A stretch of 64,000 nt of DNA from Chloroflexota bacterium (GTDB lineage: Bacteria; Chloroflexota; Dehalococcoidia; Lucifugimonadales; JADFKI01): contig JAQBUT010000016.1 in the NCBI GenBank assembly GCA_027623195.1, forward strand, positions 1 through 64,000, read 5' to 3'. The position numbers and the translations under genes are program-made. A model generated the notes under the pieces. That model was not told where the DNA came from. It ran no database searches and saw only the letters and a program-made list of their open reading frames with translations. The first letter of the stretch is position 1. Each line of letters starts with the position of its first letter. This document shows, piece after piece, positions 8,602 to 18,330 of this stretch.

Positions 8602-9696
8602 TTGAATAACGCTAGAGCCGGATCCATTCGCGTTAAGGTTGTTGGCGTTGGAGGCGCCGGTGGTAATGCCCTTCTGCGAATGGTTAAGGGCGGCCTGCGC
8701 GATGCAGAGGTCATAGCGTTGAACACGGACGTTCAAGCCCTGCGTAAGCTTAACGGCATTTATTCTTTTGCCATCGGGCCGAACGCCACGAAAGGTCTGG
8801 GCTCAGGTGGGCACCCGGACGCAGGCAGGAAAGCCATTCGGGAAAGCAGCGAACAGGTAGCAAGCCTGCTGCAAGGCTCCGACATGGTGTTTATTACCGC
8901 CGGTATGGGTGGCGGGACTGGTACCGGAGCGTCTGCCGTAGTAGCTGATTTGGCTCGGAAGCAGGGCGCTCTTACCGTGGGGGTCGTTACCCTACCCTTC
9001 TCTTTCGAGGGGCCGCGTCGGAGGGCCGTTGCAGAACAGGGCCTCTATAATTTGCAGCAGAAGGTAGACACCCTCATAACTATTGATAACGACAGGCTGC
9101 TTCCCTCATTGGACGGCAACGCCTCACTGGAGATGGCATTGAAGGCCGCGGACGAGGTGTTGCGGCAAGGCGTCCAGGGCATAACTGACATCATCACTGT
9201 GCCAGGCATGATCAATGTGGACTTCGCTGACGTGAAGTCCATTATGGGCAACGGGGGTACGGCGTTCATGGCTGTCGGCGAGGGCAAAGGCAAGTGGGCG
9301 TCTAGGGAGGCGGCGGAGATTGCGGTCTCCAATCCACTATTCGATGCGCCAATGCAAGGCGCTTCCGGTGTATTGTTCAACGTAACAGGCGGAAAGGACC
9401 TTACGCTGGCTCAGGTGCACGAAGTGGCGGAAATCATTCGTAAGACTGCCAGGCCTGACGCTAACATCATCTTTGGAGTGGTTCAGGACAAGAAGATGAA
9501 AAAGCGCGTGAGCATTACGTTAGTCGCGACTGGCGTTGTATCGGCAAGATCATTTGAGGAAGTCGAACCAATTGACGACGGCGAAACGGCCAGTTCGTCC
9601 GAATCCACTAACGACAGCGTTGGCAAGATCTTGGAATTTTCGTCAGCCAACGGTCACGCAATGGCTGGCGCAGGCGAAACTCGAAAACTTATCTAA
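8602..9696 (+). CDS. ftsZ: FtsZ (paralog lacking the canonical C-terminal peptide)
   Basis: VGVGGAGGN, NTD, GMGGGTGTG tubulin signature, T7 loop GMINVDFADV. RBS AGGAGG then TTG start. Confidence 0.93.
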   Translation: MNNARAGSIRVKVVGVGGAGGNALLRMVKGGLRDAEVIALNTDVQALRKLNGIYSFAIGPNATKGLGSGGHPDAGRKAIRESSEQVASLLQGSDMVFITAGMGGGTGTGASAVVADLARKQGALTVGVVTLPFSFEGPRRRAVAEQGLYNLQQKVDTLITIDNDRLLPSLDGNASLEMALKAADEVLRQGVQGITDIITVPGMINVDFADVKSIMGNGGTAFMAVGEGKGKWASREAAEIAVSNPLFDAPMQGASGVLFNVTGGKDLTLAQVHEVAEIIRKTARPDANIIFGVVQDKKMKKRVSITLVATGVVSARSFEEVEPIDDGETASSSESTNDSVGKILEFSSANGHAMAGAGETRKLI

Positions 9697-10568
9697 CCGA
9701 AGAATCCGCTCTTGATGTGCTCCGCGATTGTCCCAGCCACCAACTCGGGTCGCTGAATAGGCACGTCGTGGACGCTGTCCTCGAACCACACGGTTTGGCT
9801 CCTGGGGAGTAGCCGTGACGCCTCTGCAATGGACTCTTCCTTACGCCAACGTCGGTCGGCCACTGATTCGTTGTCCTTCTCGCGGGCAGGCATTAGTAGG
9901 ACAGGGCACTGCACCTGTGGATATAGCGCGGGTGGGCTGTGGTCCCATAGCGCCTCGATGATGCGTATGTGGTTTTCTCGGCTGAGTCTTGCGGTTATAG
10001 TTTCGTCGCCGTTCTGTCGGAAATTGGAACGCAAAATTTCGATATGTGCGGGTGTCAGCATGGAAGGCGTGCGCCATGTGCGGGCTCGTTCTTCTAACTT
10101 CTGGAAGGTCATGCCTTCCCACACAGGAGGCGCCATGTCCTCTTTCGCCTGCTCCAATGTATTCCCCGGACGTGCCGCTATGTTAATAGTGCCACCGTCT
10201 ACAAAACCCAGGCCCTTAACGTTGTCCTGATGAGTCACCGCGTACTCTAGCGCAACATCGCCGCCCCACGAGTGGCCGAAAACAATCGGCTGTCTAATAC
10301 CCAGGCTGCCAATGAACTCATCAAGGTCGCCAACGACCGTTGAGAAGTCATAGCCATGGTCGGGCGTATCGCTCTCCCCGTGGCCACGTTGGTCCAGAGC
10401 CACGACCCTATTGTTCTCCACAAGAATGGGCGCAACCATGTTCCATATGTGCGAGGTTGACGCCAGGCCATGTAGCAGAACGACAGGTTGGCCCGTACCA
10501 CCCCAGTCTCGGTAATGGAAACTCAGGCCGTGCAGCGTGACCCATTTATCCTGCGGCGATTGGGGCAT
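9693..10568 (-). CDS. Alpha/beta hydrolase
   Basis: LLHG, DQRGHG, GHSWGG nucleophile elbow, C-terminal His. GGAG RBS before ATG 10568. Confidence 0.88.
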   Translation of the reverse strand: MPQSPQDKWVTLHGLSFHYRDWGGTGQPVVLLHGLASTSHIWNMVAPILVENNRVVALDQRGHGESDTPDHGYDFSTVVGDLDEFIGSLGIRQPIVFGHSWGGDVALEYAVTHQDNVKGLGFVDGGTINIAARPGNTLEQAKEDMAPPVWEGMTFQKLEERARTWRTPSMLTPAHIEILRSNFRQNGDETITARLSRENHIRIIEALWDHSPPALYPQVQCPVLLMPAREKDNESVADRRWRKEESIAEASRLLPRSQTVWFEDSVHDVPIQRPELVAGTIAEHIKSGFFG

Positions 10569-10615
10569 AGGTAACTCCTGGTGGTTTGGCGGTTTCATTT
10601 GCGCGACAGGAAAGG

Positions 10616-11515
10616 TTACTCGGAGGGTAATTCCTCTTCGGGCTCTTGACGCTGACTCCGCAGAAATTCCTCCAACTCATGGACCATCGTGTCGGGGCTT
10701 GGAATTTCTTCGTTGGGCTGGTTAGACTCCGCTGCGTCGTAGCGCTGCTCCAGCCGCGTAACGTACGAGGAGACGTCCGGCTGCTTGGCGATGACCTTGT
10801 TGACCTCTTCCTGATACGCCTCGCCCGCAAGACGAAGCTCTTCAAGGTCCACATCCACATCTATGAGACTGCGTAGCCTCGTCAATAGAGCGCGACTAAC
10901 GCGAGGGTCTGGAGTTGTGTTCACGTAGTGCGGGCAGTGTCCCCACACACTAGCATGGGCAATGTTCAGATTGGTGCAGGCGTCCATGAAGGCGGTGTGT
11001 ATTCCCGTCGGCCCCTGGTATCCGGAGTTTCGGATTCCCAGCCATTCGGCCTTTTGCGTAAGCTCCTGTGAGCTAGCCCGCCCGGTGATGCGTGGTTCTC
11101 GCGTGTGAGGAACAGCGTCCAGCAAAGCGCCCAGGGACACTATCAGCTTCACCTCGTGCCTTACGGCAATGCTGGTAAGAATGTTAGAGTATGCCCGCCA
11201 CTTCAGGTTCGGTTCCGTGCCCACGAAAAGTATGAAACGACGACTTTCCTCTTCCGGGGCGTAGTAGTAAAGGTCGTTTTGCGGCCATCGGATGATACGG
11301 TCGCCTTGTCGATTGGTCCGGGTCTGTGGACGCACCACAGTGAAGTCGTAAAACTCCTCCGGGTCGATCTCTGCGAACTTCTTTGCGGGAAGCTTGCGGA
11401 CCAGGTATCGAACGGCGCGAGTGGCCGCCTCCGCAGCGTCAGGCCAGCCAGCGAAGGCCACAATCATGGTAGGGAAATTTTGCTCGGGGGTCTCGTGTTC
11501 TATCAGGCCATCCAT
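10616..11515 (-). CDS. PAC2 family (proteasome assembly chaperone-like) protein
   Basis: AFAGWPDAAEAA, DPEEFYDF..RP, EPNLKW, VPHTR, YQGPTGI, PHY motifs. Confidence 0.85.
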   Translation of the reverse strand: MDGLIEHETPEQNFPTMIVAFAGWPDAAEAATRAVRYLVRKLPAKKFAEIDPEEFYDFTVVRPQTRTNRQGDRIIRWPQNDLYYYAPEEESRRFILFVGTEPNLKWRAYSNILTSIAVRHEVKLIVSLGALLDAVPHTREPRITGRASSQELTQKAEWLGIRNSGYQGPTGIHTAFMDACTNLNIAHASVWGHCPHYVNTTPDPRVSRALLTRLRSLIDVDVDLEELRLAGEAYQEEVNKVIAKQPDVSSYVTRLEQRYDAAESNQPNEEIPSPDTMVHELEEFLRSQRQEPEEELPSE

Positions 11516-11702
11516 GTGTATCCACCTATACGTTTATATGTGAAATTCTAGCATTTGGCCTGCGTGATGCCAAGTTTCCCGTGTGTCTGTCTCTTGTCGC
11601 TTTGACGCCAAAATAGTGGCCTAGGGGCCATGATATACTGCCCGTGCTTCCGTTGTATCACCTGGCATCAGCTTAATCTCAACATAATGGAGGAGTTTCC
11701 AT

Positions 11703-12647
11703 ATGGCAGATAAGATCATTGGAGTTGCTATTCCTGCGCCGGATCCGCAAACAGTACTGGCATCTATCCGCAGGGCCGAAAAGTTAGGCGTAAAGGCGGC
11801 CTGGATGACCTCTGGCGGTGATGTAGGTGATGCGCTGACAGTCTTCGCTGCGGCCGCTGCCCAGACCGAAAGCATAATGCTGGGTACTTCGATCATGCGC
11901 ACGTGGACCAGGCACCCCATCGTGGCGGCCCGTCAGGCGCAGACGATAGCCGGTATTGCGCCGGGACGCATAAGATTGGGAATCGGTCCCAGCCACAGAG
12001 GCAGTATGACAGAAACCTTCGGAGTGGATTTTCGTGAACCCCTGGGCCACCTGAAGGAATATATCCAGATACTCAGCGGACTGTCCCACGAGGGCAAAAT
12101 CGACTTTGAAGGCCGGCACTATTCTGCTCATTTCTCCATGTCTTCCCCTACGAATGTGCCAATCATGGCGTCTGCGCTGCTTTCTGCGTCATTCGAGGTC
12201 TGCGGCGAGTTAGCCGACGGTGCCATAAGCTGGGTCTGTCCCCTCTCATACGTTCGGGACGTCGCTCTGCCTGCGCTCAAGGCCGGCGCGGAGAAAGCTG
12301 GTCGACCAGCACCGCCTCTTGTCGTGCACGCCCCTGTGTGCGTCAATGAGGACTTGGAGGCGGCTCGCAACGGTGTTCGGGAGCAGTTGGGTTACTTTCC
12401 GAAGACCCCGTTTTACGCCCGTATGTTCGAGAGGGCCGGATTCGCGGAGTCCGAAGACACAGGTTGGACCGACGAGATGCTGGACTCGGTTCTTATCGCA
12501 GGTAGCGAGGAGCAGGTGGCCGATAAGCTCAATGAGATATTCGCATGGGGTGGCGCTGAGGTGTTGGCTAGCGCAATAACTGTAGGTGACGCCGAGGCTT
12601 CCCGGGAGCGGACCTTGAAGCTCATTGCACAGGTGTCAGCGTCGTAA
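11703..12647 (+). CDS. LLM-class (luciferase-like, possibly F420-dependent) oxidoreductase
   Basis: AEKLG..AAW, LGTSI..RHP, GRIRLGIG.SH, GELADG. Confidence 0.85.
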   Translation: MADKIIGVAIPAPDPQTVLASIRRAEKLGVKAAWMTSGGDVGDALTVFAAAAAQTESIMLGTSIMRTWTRHPIVAARQAQTIAGIAPGRIRLGIGPSHRGSMTETFGVDFREPLGHLKEYIQILSGLSHEGKIDFEGRHYSAHFSMSSPTNVPIMASALLSASFEVCGELADGAISWVCPLSYVRDVALPALKAGAEKAGRPAPPLVVHAPVCVNEDLEAARNGVREQLGYFPKTPFYARMFERAGFAESEDTGWTDEMLDSVLIAGSEEQVADKLNEIFAWGGAEVLASAITVGDAEASRERTLKLIAQVSAS

Positions 12648-12653
12648 CGATGT

Positions 12654-13817
12654 GTGAATTGGAGGACGGACGGATTGAGTGACGGTGTTAAGCTCTTACG
12701 CGTTCAGTTCGCGTCGGTAGAGGTGACGGAGCGAACGACATGGACGTTTGCCGAGTTTCTAGACGTTGACGGCCTGAAAGCCGTCACTGAAATTACAAGC
12801 GGCAGCGACACAGCCAGGGCAGTCGGCCTGCTGCCTGAAATGCTGGGCGCATTGAAAGGTGGTGCGCTGCCGAGCGATGTGGACGTTCAAACGAGGCTGT
12901 CTTTCTCGGACTATGATCTGCAGAAAGATAAGGCTAAGGCCACCGCGGTAAGCGCGATTCGTAGCGCAGTATCCGATCTGTTGGCGCAAAAGCAGGGCCT
13001 ATCTCTCACCGAATTCCTTGGGGGCGCGCCTCATGAGAGCGTCCCTCTGTATGCGAATATCAACCGCCACCTGTTGACGCGAGAGCGCACTCCAGAGGCC
13101 TTCGCAAATGCGGCCTTGCTGGCCGTCAACAACGGCTTCACGACGATAAAGTGCGCGCCCTTTGATGAGGTCACACCGCCTTCAACTGCCGAGGCCGTAC
13201 TTGACCTGGCCGGACTTGGCATCAGGCGCGTGGCTGCCATTCGAGACGCCGTAGGGCCAGATGTTACGGTGCTGGTGGACTGCCACAGCCGCTTCGAGTT
13301 GCACACGGCGCCCCTAATTGCAGAGGAGCTAGCGAAGTCCAACATCGGATGGTTTGAGGAGCCGGTTGAGCCGACCAGTGATATCGCTGCGCTGGTAGAA
13401 ATCGCGGCCCTGGTTGGTATCACCGTGGCAGGCGGCGAGAACGGGTATGGTCAGCAATTCTTCGACGGACTCATCGGTTCGGGTGCGGTAAGTGTAATCA
13501 TGCCGGATGTTAAATACTGTGGGGGGATTGCTGAGGCTTATCGTGCGGGTAAATCAGCACTGGCAGTGGGAGCGCAGGTATCGCCCCATAGTCCATCCGG
13601 GCCAGTCTCATTGTTACTTGGTGGGCACGTGACTGCGGCTTTGCCTGAAGCGTTGCCGTTGGAGCACGCCGTGTATGAGGCATCATGGCGGTCGGAGGTC
13701 ATGTCTCCCGCAGAGCTTGTGAAGGACGGGAGGCTGTGGATGCCTTCAGGCTTCGGCCTTGGCGCAACGCTGGACGACGCCGTCATAGCTAAACGCGGCA
13801 AACGCTGGAAGCCTTAG
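12654..13817 (+). CDS. Mandelate racemase/galactonate dehydratase-like enolase-superfamily enzyme
   Basis: LYANINR, KCAPFD, VDCH, WFEEP, GGE, MPDVKYCGG, PHSPSGP. Start uncertain (TTG 12675 possible). Confidence 0.85.
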   Translation: MNWRTDGLSDGVKLLRVQFASVEVTERTTWTFAEFLDVDGLKAVTEITSGSDTARAVGLLPEMLGALKGGALPSDVDVQTRLSFSDYDLQKDKAKATAVSAIRSAVSDLLAQKQGLSLTEFLGGAPHESVPLYANINRHLLTRERTPEAFANAALLAVNNGFTTIKCAPFDEVTPPSTAEAVLDLAGLGIRRVAAIRDAVGPDVTVLVDCHSRFELHTAPLIAEELAKSNIGWFEEPVEPTSDIAALVEIAALVGITVAGGENGYGQQFFDGLIGSGAVSVIMPDVKYCGGIAEAYRAGKSALAVGAQVSPHSPSGPVSLLLGGHVTAALPEALPLEHAVYEASWRSEVMSPAELVKDGRLWMPSGFGLGATLDDAVIAKRGKRWKP

Positions 13818-13844
13818 CCTTTACAACCCAACTCTTCCAAAAAC

Positions 13845-15197
13845 CTACGTCAGCAGATCAATGGCCAACGCCATCATTATTTTGGTGCCGCTGATTAGGC
13901 TTGAGATTCCCACCGACTCATCGGTACCGTGGATGTGACTTAGCATTGGATCGTCGTCCGGATGCGTTCCAGAGAAGCCATATGTCACGGTTCCCAGTGG
14001 TCGAGTAAATCTCGAATCCGTGAATCCGGTGCTGATCGCCGGCACCCACTGGATGTCGTTCCTCCCCAAAGCCTTGGCCGTGGACTCCTGTATGCTTCTC
14101 GACAAATCCGTTCGGAAATCAGACGAGTTAGGCACCGCCATGTAGTCGATCTGGTAGCTTACCCCTGGAATGTCCTTCACAATCTCGTCCAGCTGTTCCC
14201 GCAGGTAGTCTTCGCTCTGGTGCGGCAGCGTTCGCACGTCGCAGGTCAGGTTTATGGTCTCCGGAACGCTGTTGGATTTGATACCGCCCTGTATCATTGT
14301 TGGCGTCAAGGTCATGCGGGACAGTGCCCGCATCATAGAAGCAAACCTTGGGTTCTCCGGCTCGATCTCGCTGATAATCTCGTCGACATTGGAGGCCGAG
14401 GGCTTATGCTCGATGGCGAAACTGGACAGGTAATCAAATAGGCTTGTCGACGTGTCACGCTCAGGTTCGTAGTCCTCTATGCGACGCAGTACCTGGCTAA
14501 GTCTATACATGGCGTTGGTGCCCTGCCACGGCACCGATGCGTGAGCGCTGGTGCCCTTAATCTCTATCTCAACCTGTAGCCGGCCCTTCTCGCCAACTCC
14601 AAGGATGTATGTCAGGCCGCTGGGCGAATCAATGGGCGTGCCGCCGCCTTCGTTGACGGCGAAAGGAGCCTTTAGCTTCTCAGGGTGATGTTCCGCAAGC
14701 CAGCCAAAGCCGTATCGGCCCCCGTGCTCCTCATCCGCGCCGGAAACAAAGCCAAGGGTATCCTTTAGCTGGATGCCGTTGCGCTTTAGAAGACGCATGG
14801 CGTATAGCTGCGCTGTGAGCAGCCCCTTGCAGTCGGAAGCACCCCGGCCGTAGATTCGGTCGTTGGCTATCGTTGCACTGAATGGAGGGTATGTCCACTT
14901 GTCCTCCTCCTCAACAGGCACAACGTCGGTGTGCGACATGAAGAGAAGACCTGTCTCTCCGGAAGTTCCAGGTATGCTGGATATGATGTTGCCACGATTC
15001 GGCGTGGCCTCAAGGATCTCCGACTCGATGCCGTCCTGGGCCAGCCAATCCCGTATGTACTCGCACACGGGCGTCTCGTTACCGGTGGGCATGAAGCCGG
15101 TGTTCACCGACGGAATCTTTACCAGCTCCTGCTCCAGGGCGACAATTTCGTTTCGTTGGGCGTCAACCTGGGCAAATAGTTCATCTAAGTTCGGCAT
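13845..15197 (-). CDS. M20/M25/M40 family metallo-hydrolase
   Basis: SHTDVVP, GRGASDCK, ADEE, NEGG, C-terminal HGTDE. Confidence 0.9.
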   Translation of the reverse strand: MPNLDELFAQVDAQRNEIVALEQELVKIPSVNTGFMPTGNETPVCEYIRDWLAQDGIESEILEATPNRGNIISSIPGTSGETGLLFMSHTDVVPVEEEDKWTYPPFSATIANDRIYGRGASDCKGLLTAQLYAMRLLKRNGIQLKDTLGFVSGADEEHGGRYGFGWLAEHHPEKLKAPFAVNEGGGTPIDSPSGLTYILGVGEKGRLQVEIEIKGTSAHASVPWQGTNAMYRLSQVLRRIEDYEPERDTSTSLFDYLSSFAIEHKPSASNVDEIISEIEPENPRFASMMRALSRMTLTPTMIQGGIKSNSVPETINLTCDVRTLPHQSEDYLREQLDEIVKDIPGVSYQIDYMAVPNSSDFRTDLSRSIQESTAKALGRNDIQWVPAISTGFTDSRFTRPLGTVTYGFSGTHPDDDPMLSHIHGTDESVGISSLISGTKIMMALAIDLLT

Positions 15198-15243
15198 TGG
15201 AATCTCCTGAGGGCGATGGTGGGAAAGTCTTCAATAATATTCT

Positions 15244-15786
15244 TTAGGATTTTTCGAAAATGATGGTCGCCATCAGCAGTGCTGCGATGGTTTTGGAATC
15301 CTGAATTTCACCCAGCCGGATGAGTTTGTTGATGCTGGACATGGGCGTTGGAATCACCTCTATGGCCTCGTCGTCGTCGGCGTTAAGCTTGCTAGGCACC
15401 AGGTCCCGAGCCATGTAAGCGTACAGGTACTCTGTGCTGAAGCCCGGTGCAGACCAGAAGCCTCCCATGGGCCGGATATTTCTACTGGCATATCCCACCT
15501 CTTCTTGGAGCTCCCGTTGCGCGCAGTCGTCGGGCGATTCCCCATCTTCCAAACCGCCGGCAGGAGCTTCCAGAATGAACTGGTCAATGGGATATCGGTA
15601 CTGCCTGACAAGAAGCACGTTGTCGTCTGAATCTATGGGGACGATTACCACGGCAGCGGAGTGCTCAACGACTTCGCGGACCGTCTGGCGTCCACTAGGA
15701 AGCAAGACGGTATCCGACCGAACATTCACGATTTTGCCCTGGAATACGGACTGCGAACTGACAAGCTTCTCAGGTTCCATGCTCAT
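15244..15786 (-). CDS. nudF: NUDIX hydrolase (ADP-ribose pyrophosphatase-like)
   Basis: Nudix box GGLEDGESPDDCAQRELQEEVG; REVVEH, RQYRY, IQDSKT. Confidence 0.85.
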   Translation of the reverse strand: MSMEPEKLVSSQSVFQGKIVNVRSDTVLLPSGRQTVREVVEHSAAVVIVPIDSDDNVLLVRQYRYPIDQFILEAPAGGLEDGESPDDCAQRELQEEVGYASRNIRPMGGFWSAPGFSTEYLYAYMARDLVPSKLNADDDEAIEVIPTPMSSINKLIRLGEIQDSKTIAALLMATIIFEKS

Positions 15787-15813
15787 CTCCCGATGGTCTT
15801 GGTGTAAGTCTAT

Positions 15814-16644
15814 CTAGAGGATTTCCAGACCCAATCGTCTGGTCAACGCTGCGTAGAACGTGCTGGGGGCGTGAGCCCGCAAGAACTTCGTAGTGTATGG
15901 GCTTCGCTTGATGGTAACCACATCGTCGAGTTGCAATTTCAAATCTGCGAATCCATCAACGCTGAGTACGGACTCGTGGGCGGCACTCGCATGCAGTTCA
16001 ATGACCGAATAGTCGGGAAGAATAACGCCGTTGCTGAGGCCCGTATGCGCGGCGACGGGCTGAATGAGCATCGCCCGAGTCTCGGGATACATGATAGGCC
16101 CGCCCGCTGATAGCGCGTACCCAGTGCTGCCGGTGGCCGTGGAAACTATGACTGCGTCCGCCCTGTAGCTTGTCAGTGGCACTCCGTCGATAGTCGTCTC
16201 GATGTCCAGAAGTCCGCTGACACCGCCCCGTCCAACGACGACTTCGTTAAGGGCGTGGAGGACGAGCCTGGGCTTCGAATCGGAAGAGCCGGTAACCGTT
16301 GCCTCCAGCATCATACGCTCCTCTATTCTAGAAGCTCCGTCCAGGTAGTCGGGAAGTTTTCCCACCGCCTCATCGACAGGAATTTCGGCCATAAAGCCCA
16401 CACGGCCCATGTTGATACCCACCATGGGTATGCCGTGTGCAGCGATGACGCGAACGATGCGAAGGATTGTCCCGTCGCCCCCGGCCACCACGATGACAGA
16501 CGTTTCAGGCAGAACGTCGCTCATCTTCTCGAGATCCCCGGCGGCGCACTTCCAGTGGTCACTGGGGAAATGGACGGACTTCTCCAGCGTTTCCACCATC
16601 TTTGCGGTCGCTGGCGACTGCGAGTTGTAGACGAGCCCTATCAT
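15814..16644 (-). CDS. nadK: NAD(+) kinase
   Basis: GGDGT, GINMGRVGF, LNE, STATGSTGYALSAGGP. Confidence 0.93.
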   Translation of the reverse strand: MIGLVYNSQSPATAKMVETLEKSVHFPSDHWKCAAGDLEKMSDVLPETSVIVVAGGDGTILRIVRVIAAHGIPMVGINMGRVGFMAEIPVDEAVGKLPDYLDGASRIEERMMLEATVTGSSDSKPRLVLHALNEVVVGRGGVSGLLDIETTIDGVPLTSYRADAVIVSTATGSTGYALSAGGPIMYPETRAMLIQPVAAHTGLSNGVILPDYSVIELHASAAHESVLSVDGFADLKLQLDDVVTIKRSPYTTKFLRAHAPSTFYAALTRRLGLEIL

Positions 16645-16829
16645 GCTGCAATTGGTCCATACAGGGGATGTATGGCCTGACAGGTATCAGCAATGGCTTT
16701 ATGGAAGGGGATCATCATAGGAACTTTCGGCATCAATATCCGGCCTAAATTGATCGGTTTGGTCGGGTGAGTGTCCGACGCAGAGGGAGTCTAGCATCGG
16801 GCAATTGGCGTGTCAACGAAGTCAAGGCT

Positions 16830-18326
16830 TCAAGAAATCAATGCGCCCGCAGCAGTCCTGGCTAGGTTTAGCAATGGCGTTGGGTACAGGCCAAAGAACA
16901 GGGTCGCCGCGAAAGATACTCCCACAGCCAGTCGCATTGGAAAACCAAAACTAATTTTGACATCGGATTGAGGTTCTGAAAGATACATAGCTTTGACGAC
17001 ACGCAGGTAATAGTAAGCGGACACTACGCTGTTGACCACCCCGATCACCACCAGCCACCCCAGGCCGGTATTAACTGCAGCGCCGAACAGGTAAATCTTC
17101 GCCCAAAACCCCACGCCGGGCGGCAGGCCTATCAGCGAGAGCATGGATAGCGTCAGCACCGCAGCCAGCAGAGGCGCTCGTCGACCAACACCGGCATAGT
17201 CGTCTATCTCGTGGCTTTTGATTCGGTTGGAAACGGCTATGATTACGGTGAACGCCGCCAGGTTCGTTGCTGCGAATCCGCCCAGGTAAAAAAGCACACC
17301 GGACGGCCCCAGAGCCGCTTCGCCGCCAGATGCCCTAGCCGACACTGCGGCCAGACCCATCAGTATGTAACCGGCGTGGGCCACCGTACTGTAACCCATC
17401 ATGCGCTTGATGTTCGTCTGCCGTATGGCGACCAGGTTCCCCAGTGTCATTGAGAGGGCGCTGAGCACTGCGAATAATGCTCCCCAATCCAGGCTTAATG
17501 TATCCAGAGGGAAGGCTACGTAAAAGACCCGTAAAATTACGGCAAATCCAGCGGTCTTTGATGCCACCGAGAGGAATGCCGTTATAGGCGTGGGTGAGCC
17601 CTCGTATACGTCCGGCGCCCACATCTGGAAAGGTACGCTGGCTATCTTGAATCCGAATCCCGCAATAATCAGCACTATGCCGAAAAGCAGCGCGTTGCTG
17701 CCGAAAGGCGTGCCGCTGGTAAGGGTCATTTGGGATATCTGGTTTGCGATGGCCGCCAAGGAAGTAGTTCCGGTGAAGCCGTAGACGATTACCATGCCGT
17801 ACAGCAGCACTGCCGAGCTTATGGCGCTTAGTATCAGGAACTTCAAGCCTGCTTCAGTGGAACGGCTGTCCCGTCTGAACGCCGCCAGCGCCGCGATGGG
17901 CAGAGCCGTCAATTCCAGCGATATGTAAATGGTGATGAGCTCCGTTGTGGAGGCCAGAAGCATCATCCCGGTGGCCGAAAACAGAATGAGAGCGAAATAT
18001 TCGGCCTGAAACCGTTGGATTTTCTTTACGTACTCAGTGGAAGCTAGTATGACCACGACGACGGCCGCCAACAGTACGAACTTCAAAAACAGGCTAAAGT
18101 GGTCCACCACCATGGCATTGAACAGTCCCGGTAAATGGGTCGTGTTGTCGCCAGCGAGGTCCGACCACAGGGAAATGCTAAAGGCCAGGGGTACGATAAG
18201 CCCTAGCACAGCCAACGCTGGAAGTATTCCTTTGCGCTTGACTACGAGGTCCACCAGGATAAGCAGTGCGCCCAGCGCGGCTAGGCTTATCTCCGGTGAT
18301 AGCAGGTAAAGGTCGTGGATACTCAT
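16830..18326 (-). CDS. nuoN: NADH-quinone oxidoreductase subunit N
   Basis: Multi-TM antiporter-like; EAGLKF, FKIASVPFQMWAPDVYEGSP, NIKRMMGYS. Confidence 0.95.
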   Translation of the reverse strand: MSIHDLYLLSPEISLAALGALLILVDLVVKRKGILPALAVLGLIVPLAFSISLWSDLAGDNTTHLPGLFNAMVVDHFSLFLKFVLLAAVVVVILASTEYVKKIQRFQAEYFALILFSATGMMLLASTTELITIYISLELTALPIAALAAFRRDSRSTEAGLKFLILSAISSAVLLYGMVIVYGFTGTTSLAAIANQISQMTLTSGTPFGSNALLFGIVLIIAGFGFKIASVPFQMWAPDVYEGSPTPITAFLSVASKTAGFAVILRVFYVAFPLDTLSLDWGALFAVLSALSMTLGNLVAIRQTNIKRMMGYSTVAHAGYILMGLAAVSARASGGEAALGPSGVLFYLGGFAATNLAAFTVIIAVSNRIKSHEIDDYAGVGRRAPLLAAVLTLSMLSLIGLPPGVGFWAKIYLFGAAVNTGLGWLVVIGVVNSVVSAYYYLRVVKAMYLSEPQSDVKISFGFPMRLAVGVSFAATLFFGLYPTPLLNLARTAAGALIS

Positions 18327-18330
18327 ATAA

